From the IMG/VR virus record IMGVR_UViG_3300017722_003044: a stretch of 20,000 nucleotides of DNA; one strand, given 5' to 3'. Source of the DNA: an uncultured virus (IMG/VR IMGVR_UViG_3300017722_003044) (lineage: Duplodnaviria > Heunggongvirae > Uroviricota > Caudoviricetes). Position 1 is the stretch's first letter. Each line of letters opens with the position of its first letter. Below the pieces are notes generated by a model that worked only from the letters and a program-made list of their open reading frames with translations, was not told where the DNA came from and searched no databases. This document shows, piece by piece, positions 8,013 through 15,259 of this stretch. Both the position numbers and the translations under genes were made by a program.

Positions 8013-9614
8013 ATGAGTACCAAAAGTCTAGATGGTGTTCTTACCAAAAAAGCACACACTAGGGAAAAATATACTGAAACACAACTGAATGAGTTGGCTG
8101 CTTGTGCAGACAATACTCTGGGCTATCTTTATTTTGCAAAGAATTTCTTTCACATTCAACATCCTGTGAGAGGCAAATTATTATTTGAACCTTACACCTA
8201 TCAAAACAAACTGTTGGAAACCTATCACAAACACAGATTCAACGTGAACATGTTGCCCAGACAAAGTGGCAAAACCACATGTGCATCATCCTATTTGTTA
8301 TGGTATGCTATGTTTCATCCTGACCAAACTATTTTAATTGCTGCTCACAAATACACAGGTGCACAAGAAATCATGCAACGTATTAGATATGGATATGAAT
8401 TATGTCCAGATCACATCAGAGCAGGCGTGGTCAATTACAACAAAGGCTCCATGGAATTCGAAAATGGTTCAAGAATAGTATCTGCCACCACAACCAGTAA
8501 TACAGGCAGAGGTATGTCCATATCATTGTTGTATTGTGATGAGTTTGCATTTGTGAATCCCACCATTGCTAGAGAATTCTGGACTTCTATATCTCCCACA
8601 TTGGCCACAGGAGGTAGAGCAATTATAACCAGTACGCCCAACTCAGATGAAGATGAGTTTGCTGTGATCTGGAAAGAATCTCAAAACAAATTTGACGAAC
8701 ATGGCAATGAGATTGATCTAGGCATTAATGGATTCTTTGGTTACACAGCTTCTTGGGATGAACATCCAGAGCGAGATGAAAAATGGAAAGAAAGTGAATT
8801 GAGCCGCATAGGTGAAGAAAGATTTAGAAGAGAATATGGCTGTGAATTTTTAGTCTATGACGAAACATTGGTCAACAGCATTGTGTTGGCGGCATTGGAA
8901 GGCAAGCAGCCCATACTGAACATGGGTCAAACTAGATGGTATGAAAAAATAAATCCTGCTGCCACCTATGTGATAGCATTGGATCCTGCCATGGGCACCG
9001 GAGGGGATTATGCTGCTATACAAGTGTTTGAAGTGCCTTCGTTCCGTCAAGTGGCTGAATGGCGACACAATCAAACTCCTATACCACAGCAAGTAAAAAT
9101 ATTAAAAGACATAGTCAATTATATCAAAGAAGAATGCAAAAGTCAAACAGCTACCAACATATATTGGAGCGTGGAAAACAACACCATAGGTGAAGCAGCA
9201 CTGTTGGTGATCAGTGACTTTGGAGAAGAAAACATTCCAGGATTATTTGTGAGTGAGCCCATACGAAAAGGTCACATAAGAAAATTTAGAAAAGGATTCA
9301 ACACCACACACAGAACCAAGATCAGTGCCTGCAGTAGATTGAAAGGCATGATTGAAAACAACAAAATGAGCATTGCCAGCAAAGCGTTAATCAGTGAATT
9401 AAAAACTTATGTGGCAGTGGGATCAGGATTCAAAGCCAAAACAGGAGAAACTGATGATCTTATCAGTGCTACTCTATTGATATTGCGTATTGTGAGCATA
9501 TTGAAGGACTGGGATCCACGCATTTACAATTCATTTTTACAGGTGGAAAATGATGAAGATGGTGGTGAACGCATACTGCCCATGCCAGTGTTTATCAGCA
9601 CCACCAACAACTAA
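8013..9614 (+). CDS. gp17: Terminase large subunit (T4 gp17-like)
   Basis: Walker A 'MLPRQSGKTT', Walker B 'LLYCDEFAFV', coupling motif 'ITSTPN', 'RFRREYGCEF'. RNase H-like nuclease residues 'ALDPAMGTGGDY', 'VENN', 'TDDLISA'. Confidence 0.97.
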   Translation: MSTKSLDGVLTKKAHTREKYTETQLNELAACADNTLGYLYFAKNFFHIQHPVRGKLLFEPYTYQNKLLETYHKHRFNVNMLPRQSGKTTCASSYLLWYAMFHPDQTILIAAHKYTGAQEIMQRIRYGYELCPDHIRAGVVNYNKGSMEFENGSRIVSATTTSNTGRGMSISLLYCDEFAFVNPTIAREFWTSISPTLATGGRAIITSTPNSDEDEFAVIWKESQNKFDEHGNEIDLGINGFFGYTASWDEHPERDEKWKESELSRIGEERFRREYGCEFLVYDETLVNSIVLAALEGKQPILNMGQTRWYEKINPAATYVIALDPAMGTGGDYAAIQVFEVPSFRQVAEWRHNQTPIPQQVKILKDIVNYIKEECKSQTATNIYWSVENNTIGEAALLVISDFGEENIPGLFVSEPIRKGHIRKFRKGFNTTHRTKISACSRLKGMIENNKMSIASKALISELKTYVAVGSGFKAKTGETDDLISATLLILRIVSILKDWDPRIYNSFLQVENDEDGGERILPMPVFISTTNN

Positions 9615-9624
9615 ATACACATAT
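9610..9624 (+). promoter_or_regulatory. Late box ACTAAATA overlapping the terminase stop, copy 1 of the 15-bp repeat ACTAAATACACATAT
   Basis: TAAATA at 9612-9617, 5 nt before the ATG at 9623. Identical 15-mer at 12330-12344. Confidence 0.6.
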
Positions 9625-12307
9625 GAACTTGAATGTCACGTCTAAAGAGCTCTTTGCTAAGATACGAGGCCGTTTTCCGGGGGTTAGCATAGGTAACCAA
9701 GCCGCAGAAGTGACCAACGATCCATCTGCAGCAAGATTTTTTGACTTCGATTTCAAAGCTGGATCCAAGGTTTTAGGCAAAGTCAGCATAAGTATTAGTG
9801 AACAAGACGGCCTAGTGGTTATACACAGTGCTGATTTGAGTCAAACTGAAGATTTGGCTGCTAGAGAAAATTGGTTTAGTTTTTTGAAAGAATTGAGACA
9901 ATTTGCCAAGTCAAGAATGTTAAACTTTGACACTAGAGATATAACTAAAAGCAACTTGGAAAAAAGAGATTATAATTTTTTGAGCAATATGAACCAACCC
10001 AAAGAAGTCACTGAAGCTGCATTAACTGGTACCAATAAAACCAGTTTTCAAAACATCGGCAGCAGCAAACTGATTATCAAGCATTCAGCTGCAGTGGATG
10101 AAGAATTCGCTGCTGGTCGCACACACAAAATTCTTTCCATCTATGTAGAAAATGTGGACGGTGAAAGATTCAAGTATCCATTCAAACACATCAACGGTGC
10201 TAGAGCAATGGCACGTCACGTGAGCGAAGGTGGCAAACCCTATGATGATTTTGGCAAACATATTGTATCATTGAGTGAAGAACTTTCTAAATTAAGAAAA
10301 TTTAAAAATTACGTGAACAGATCTGCTGTGATGGCTGAGACTCTAAAAGAATATGCTGTGGTGATCAATGACAGAATTGAAGAGATCAAAGAAACCATAC
10401 AAGGATTACAAAAAGAAAGTTTCTACAAGCTAACTAAAGAAAACTTCAAACTGAGTGACCAAGTTATAGTGCCAGAAGATGTAAAAGAAAATTGGATTGA
10501 TGAGTTAACAATTAAAACTTTCAATAATGAATTGCAAGAAGTGTTTCCTTACATATACAAACTGGTTACACAAAGACCCATTAAAGAAATCACTGCTGAA
10601 GACATTGATGCAGAAGCGTCTGGTTATCAAGGCAGCACAGAAACAAGAAATTTAAAATACAATGTGAATGGTGATTTTGACAGAAGCAGACCAGTGTCAG
10701 ACAAAGATGCATTCACCATACAGGATCTATTGAAAAAGAATGGCATTGAATCAGAAGTAACTCCTGATGAAGGCAACTTTCAAGGCATATTGATATACAC
10801 CAATGCTGCTCCACAGAGTGTGGAAAAAGTTTTGGGCAACATGATCGAAACCTCTCTAGATCCCATTGAACAATTTGAAAAAATTTTAGATTCAGTTATT
10901 GATGAAGGAGAAAACACATTGTTTTCCTCTGACTCAGAAGAACAGAAACAAGCATTGGAAAAATTAAATTTATTAATGAAGAGTCATTTTCCCGCAGGCG
11001 TAAACGGAGTGAATGGTTTAGAAAGTTTAGAAGGCATCATAGATGATCCTAATTTGAATGATCAAATTAGAGAGATTGGTAAAAAAGACAGTGACAATTG
11101 TATTAGACCTTTGATCATGGCCTACATACAAAACAAAAAACCAGACATGTTGAAAAGAATCAACACTGGCGATATGAAAATGTCAACAGAAGGCAATCAA
11201 TTTGCACAAGCAGTGCAAAAAGCCAAAGCAGCAGGAATGAAACCCGGCGACAAATTTAAAGTGGGCGACAAAGAATTTACATTGAAGGACGCCATGGATA
11301 TGGCAGGCATCAGTGACACATCATTGCAAGATGATGCTGACATGGATCCAAACCAATCACCTCAGGCTCAGACCTATGCAGGCAAATCTTCTGCATCTCA
11401 AGAAAAAGAAGAAGTGCAAAAAATATTGAACAAACATCCAGATGCTTACAAAAAATTTAAGGCAGGAGATGACTTGTACAATAACAAAGAGTTGTATTCA
11501 GAATTGGCCGACTATTACCACGATAATGGAGATATGCCTTATGGTACATACACCGCTAAAGATGGCGATCCTATCAACTGGATCACCACTAGATTGGCTG
11601 ATATGGGATTGATTGAAACCACTCAAACAGAAGGCACTATAGAAGATGAATATAAATTTCGTGATTGGTTAAAGAAAACACACAACAAGCAAGTGCATGA
11701 ATTAAAACCACAAGAATATGCAATCATTTCAAAACAATACAGAGACGAACAAGGTAAAAAAGAATCCTCGCATCCAGGCGAAGGATCTGCAGAAGAATTG
11801 GCCAAAGAAATTTGGAACAACACTCCAGCATTGCACGATGAATACAAAGACTGGAAAGAATATATGGATTCAGAAGATTTTCAAATGGACTCAGACAAAT
11901 TACGCAGTAAATTTGAAAGCACAGGCGGTGGCCCTACCATTAGACAAATGAGTGATTTAGAATTGGCCAACTTTTTAAACACCACTGTGGCTGAAATCAA
12001 AAAAGACAGACAAGCAGCAGAAGAAGCAGCTATGGAATTGAATAAAAAATATTCTGAAGATAATAAATCCAGCAAACAAGATCTACACAAAGGCTCCACT
12101 AAAATAGAAGAATTGGTTAAGAGTTTTTACGACTACACCACCAATAAATTTCCCAAAGGTGAAACAGCAGTGATCACAGCAGTGCAGAAACAATACGGAG
12201 ATGCTGGTGCCAAAACTGCCATTGAAACCATCAAAGCTCTGCAGAGCGGTCAGAACAAAGAGATTGAACGCATCAAACAACTGGCAGGCTATTCTACCAA
12301 AAATTAA
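9623..12307 (+). CDS. Large acidic hypothetical protein (894 aa) with modular C-terminal part, candidate protease-matured head protein
   Basis: Long uninterrupted ORF with its own late box. Globular-looking N-terminal ~320 aa, then short acidic modules, ending 'EIERIKQLAGY'. No catalytic motif recognised. Confidence 0.85.
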   Translation: MNLNVTSKELFAKIRGRFPGVSIGNQAAEVTNDPSAARFFDFDFKAGSKVLGKVSISISEQDGLVVIHSADLSQTEDLAARENWFSFLKELRQFAKSRMLNFDTRDITKSNLEKRDYNFLSNMNQPKEVTEAALTGTNKTSFQNIGSSKLIIKHSAAVDEEFAAGRTHKILSIYVENVDGERFKYPFKHINGARAMARHVSEGGKPYDDFGKHIVSLSEELSKLRKFKNYVNRSAVMAETLKEYAVVINDRIEEIKETIQGLQKESFYKLTKENFKLSDQVIVPEDVKENWIDELTIKTFNNELQEVFPYIYKLVTQRPIKEITAEDIDAEASGYQGSTETRNLKYNVNGDFDRSRPVSDKDAFTIQDLLKKNGIESEVTPDEGNFQGILIYTNAAPQSVEKVLGNMIETSLDPIEQFEKILDSVIDEGENTLFSSDSEEQKQALEKLNLLMKSHFPAGVNGVNGLESLEGIIDDPNLNDQIREIGKKDSDNCIRPLIMAYIQNKKPDMLKRINTGDMKMSTEGNQFAQAVQKAKAAGMKPGDKFKVGDKEFTLKDAMDMAGISDTSLQDDADMDPNQSPQAQTYAGKSSASQEKEEVQKILNKHPDAYKKFKAGDDLYNNKELYSELADYYHDNGDMPYGTYTAKDGDPINWITTRLADMGLIETTQTEGTIEDEYKFRDWLKKTHNKQVHELKPQEYAIISKQYRDEQGKKESSHPGEGSAEELAKEIWNNTPALHDEYKDWKEYMDSEDFQMDSDKLRSKFESTGGGPTIRQMSDLELANFLNTTVAEIKKDRQAAEEAAMELNKKYSEDNKSSKQDLHKGSTKIEELVKSFYDYTTNKFPKGETAVITAVQKQYGDAGAKTAIETIKALQSGQNKEIERIKQLAGYSTKN

Positions 12308-12326
12308 TATTTCATTAACTACACAC

Positions 12327-12355
12327 TTGACTAAATACACATATTAATATAGTAT
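12327..12355 (+). promoter_or_regulatory. Nested sigma70-like promoter (TTGACT-17 bp-TAGTAT) and late box (TAAATA 12332-12337) upstream of gp32
   Basis: -35 TTGACT at 12327-12332 and -10 TAGTAT at 12350-12355 with 17-bp spacing. The late box overlaps the last base of the -35. Confidence 0.6.
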
Positions 12356-12420
12356 ATAAGATATGTGCTATATTAAAGTGAGGCACAAACATAAACAGGC
12401 AAACAATAAGGAGGCTTATA

Positions 12421-13395
12421 ATGGCTACACTAGCAGACATCCGCAATAAGTTGAAGGAACAAGAAGTTCGTTCAAGCGGCAACAACAAGACAAGCGGCGG
12501 CGACAACGCAATCTATCCATTCTGGAATCTAAAAGAAGGTGAACAATCAACTGTTCGATTCTTGCCAGATGGCGACTCAAACAACACTTTCTTCTGGAGA
12601 GAACGTTTGATGATCAAACTTCCATTCAATGGTATCAAAGGAGAAACTGATTCAAAACCAGTTCAGGTCCAAGTGCCATGTATGGAAATGTATGGAGACT
12701 CTTGTCCTATTCTATCTGAAGTTAGAGGATGGTTCAAAGATCCCAACTTGGAAGACATGGGAAGAAAATATTGGAAAAAAAGATCATACATTTTCCAAGG
12801 TTTTGTAAAAGAAGATCCATTAAATGAAGAAACCAAACCAGCTAATCCAGTTAGAAGATTTATTATTGGACCACAAATATTCCAAATAATAAAAGGTGCT
12901 CTGATGGATCCTGAGATGGAAGATCTTCCTACAGACAAAATCAACGGAGTTGATTTTAAAATTATCAAAACCAGCAAAGGTGGATATGCAGACTATTCAA
13001 CTTCTGCTTGGTCTAGAAAAACCAGACCGTTATCTGAAGATGAAAACAAAGCAGTGGAAACACATGGTTTGTACAACATGAGCGATTACTTGCCTAAAAA
13101 ACCAACTGAGGTTGAGTTGAAGGTGATGAAAGAAATGTTTGAAGCATCTGTGGATGGCGAGGCGTATGACTTGGAAAAATTTGGACAATATTTTCGTCCA
13201 GCAGGCATGTCATCTAGAACTGGAGACCCAGTGGTTAACACCAATGTTAAAGCTGAAACACCAAAGCCAATAGCAGTATCAACAGCAAAAGTTGAAACAA
13301 AAACTGAATCTGTGGCTGCAACTGCTCCTAAAGCAGAAAGCAAAAGCAGAGCTGAAGATATTTTGGCAATGATAAGGTCTAGACAAAAACAATAA
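12421..13395 (+). CDS. gp32: Single-stranded DNA-binding protein (T4 gp32-like)
   Basis: 'STVRFLPD', 'PCMEMYGDSCPI', 'RKYWKKRSY', 'IGPQIFQII', 'GVDFKIIKTSKGGYADYSTS.W'. Strong SD AAGGAGG. Upstream of uvsX and uvsY. Confidence 0.9.
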   Translation: MATLADIRNKLKEQEVRSSGNNKTSGGDNAIYPFWNLKEGEQSTVRFLPDGDSNNTFFWRERLMIKLPFNGIKGETDSKPVQVQVPCMEMYGDSCPILSEVRGWFKDPNLEDMGRKYWKKRSYIFQGFVKEDPLNEETKPANPVRRFIIGPQIFQIIKGALMDPEMEDLPTDKINGVDFKIIKTSKGGYADYSTSAWSRKTRPLSEDENKAVETHGLYNMSDYLPKKPTEVELKVMKEMFEASVDGEAYDLEKFGQYFRPAGMSSRTGDPVVNTNVKAETPKPIAVSTAKVETKTESVAATAPKAESKSRAEDILAMIRSRQKQ

Positions 13396-13407
13396 AAAGT
13401 GATATAG

Positions 13408-13439
13408 TGTAGTGGAGGGCAGCAATGTTCTCCACTGCG
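13408..13439 (+). other. 14-bp RNA stem-loop with GCAA (GNRA) tetraloop between gp32 and uvsX, no U-tract
   Basis: TGTAGTGGAGGGCA-GCAA-TGTTCTCCACTGCG pairs throughout when four G.U pairs are allowed, so it folds well only on the + strand transcript. Confidence 0.8.
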
Positions 13440-13461
13440 AATAAACAAAAGGAAAAAATTT

Positions 13462-14529
13462 ATGGCTACAAAGGCTTTCGACATATCGAAATTTAGAAAA
13501 ACATTAACAAAATCCATTGAAGGATTGGGACTGGGATTCAATGATCCCACCGATTGGATTTCCACAGGCAATTATGCACTGAACTATTTGATGTCAGGTG
13601 ATTTTGAAAAAGGCATACCACTGGGCAAAGTCACAGTGTTTGCTGGAGAATCAGGATCGGGTAAGTCATACATAGCTTCAGGCAATCTGGTGAGACACGC
13701 ACAGAAGCAAGGCATATATGTGGTGTTGGTGGACACAGAAAACGCTCTGGATCAAAATTGGTTGCAGGCATTGGGTGTGGATTGTGATGAAAAAAAATTA
13801 TTAAAATTAAATCTTAGCATGATTGATGATGTGGCCAAAACCATATCTACATTTATGAAAGAATACAAAGCAGAACATGGAGACAACAAAGACACTGCTC
13901 CTAAAATATTATTCATCATAGACAGTTTGGGCATGCTGATGACTCCCACTGATGTGAATCAATTTGAAGCAGGTGATATGAAAGGTGACATGGGTCGTAA
14001 GCCCAAAGCACTCACAGCACTGGTGCGTAATTGTGTGAACATGTTTGGCAGTTGGAATGTGGGATTGGTAGCAACCAATCACACGTATGCTTCACAAGAT
14101 ATGTTTGATCCAGATGATAAAATATCAGGTGGTCAAGGATTTGTGTATGCCAGTTCAGTGGTGGTAGCAATGAAAAAATTAAAACTAAAAGAAGACGAAG
14201 ATGGCAACAAAGTCAAAGAAGTATTGGGCATTAGAGCAGCCTGTAAGATAATGAAAACAAGATTTGCCAAGCCTTTTGAAACTGTGCAAGTTAAAATACC
14301 CTATGAAACTGGCATGGATCCCTACAGTGGATTGGTGGAACTGTTTGAAAAAGAAGGCATACTGACAGCATCTGGCAACAGATTAAGATATGTGGACCTC
14401 AAAGGTGTGGAACACTTAGAGTACAGAAAAGGTTGGACCGGTGAAAAATTGGATATGATTATGAAAGAATATCACAAGATCAAACCAAAATCTGAAACAG
14501 AAACAATTGCAGTGAAGGAAGAAAAATAA
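13462..14529 (+). CDS. uvsX: RecA-like recombinase UvsX
   Basis: 'WISTGNYALNYLMSG', 'GIPLGKVTVFAGESGSGKS' (Walker A), 'LVDTENA', 'FIIDSLG' (Walker B), 'ATNHTY', 'SGGQGFVYASS', 'MKTRF'. Confidence 0.95.
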   Translation: MATKAFDISKFRKTLTKSIEGLGLGFNDPTDWISTGNYALNYLMSGDFEKGIPLGKVTVFAGESGSGKSYIASGNLVRHAQKQGIYVVLVDTENALDQNWLQALGVDCDEKKLLKLNLSMIDDVAKTISTFMKEYKAEHGDNKDTAPKILFIIDSLGMLMTPTDVNQFEAGDMKGDMGRKPKALTALVRNCVNMFGSWNVGLVATNHTYASQDMFDPDDKISGGQGFVYASSVVVAMKKLKLKEDEDGNKVKEVLGIRAACKIMKTRFAKPFETVQVKIPYETGMDPYSGLVELFEKEGILTASGNRLRYVDLKGVEHLEYRKGWTGEKLDMIMKEYHKIKPKSETETIAVKEEK

Positions 14530-14741
14530 TGCAGGACGCTAGTCAAGTAACTGAAATTTGGCAATTTTTTAAAGAGTACGTGGATAAAAAACAGATCGAA
14601 GTAGTAGCTGAAAAATTTGTGGAAATGTGCGCTGATCATGGTGTTACAGATGACACATTCAAAGAAGTCATGGGCAATGACCAAGACCTGGACAAGGCTA
14701 TAGCATACTATTTAGACATTGAAGAAGACGAGGATCAATAA
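14529..14741 (+). CDS. Small acidic hypothetical protein, translationally coupled between uvsX and uvsY
   Basis: 70 aa with TAATG stop/start overlaps at both ends (14527-14531 and 14739-14743). Acidic tail DIEEDEDQ. Confidence 0.8.
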   Translation: MQDASQVTEIWQFFKEYVDKKQIEVVAEKFVEMCADHGVTDDTFKEVMGNDQDLDKAIAYYLDIEEDEDQ

Positions 14742-15199
14742 TGTCTGGATGGTATCAAAAGATATCCAAAGACATCAGTACCATTCCTGAGGCATTGGAA
14801 TATTTTGAAAATCAACTGCAAGAAGCCAAACTGGAAATTAAAATCAGAGGCAATGTGGAAAAACAGGCAGCAGAAATGCCAGGCATTGTGGAACACAGAT
14901 TCAATCAATTGCAAGAATTAGAAGCAGTATTAGAATATCTCAACATTGAATTGCGTAGACTGCGCAGTTCTTATTTTAAAAAATATTTCGAAAGCTACAA
15001 CAGAGCACTCACCAGCAGAGAAGTGGAGAAGTATGTGGATGGTGAAGCAGATGTGGTGGATTACGAAAAGATCATCAATGATTTCGCACTGATGCGCAAC
15101 AAATGGTTGGGCATCTGCAAAGGTCTGGACCAAAAACAATGGCAGATGACCAACATAGTGAAACTGCGTGTGGCTGGTATGGAAGACGCCAGCATCTAA
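14741..15199 (+). CDS. uvsY: Recombination mediator UvsY-like protein
   Basis: 152 aa, helical. 'YFESYNRALTSREVEKYVDGE.D' and 'KGLDQKQWQMTNIVKLRVAG' resemble the UvsY C-terminus. Context next to gp32 and uvsX. Confidence 0.8.
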   Translation: MSGWYQKISKDISTIPEALEYFENQLQEAKLEIKIRGNVEKQAAEMPGIVEHRFNQLQELEAVLEYLNIELRRLRSSYFKKYFESYNRALTSREVEKYVDGEADVVDYEKIINDFALMRNKWLGICKGLDQKQWQMTNIVKLRVAGMEDASI

Positions 15200-15259
15200 T
15201 CAATCAAAACCATTTTCCTAAATCACTGCCCAGCGTAAATAGCACAGCACTCTATAATC

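Noticed and set aside
9610..12344. 15-bp repeat read as a target-site duplication of a mobile element
   Set aside because: The enclosed ORF has no integrase or transposase motif and the repeat coincides with the late promoter box. Kept only as a regulatory or microhomology observation.
13408..13439. Hairpin as a Rho-independent terminator
   Set aside because: No T-tract on the + strand, and the G.U pairs become A.C mismatches on the minus strand.
8013..14529. Inteins or introns in the terminase or UvsX
   Set aside because: Both have normal lengths (533 and 355 aa), contiguous motifs, and no intein splice-junction or homing endonuclease signatures.
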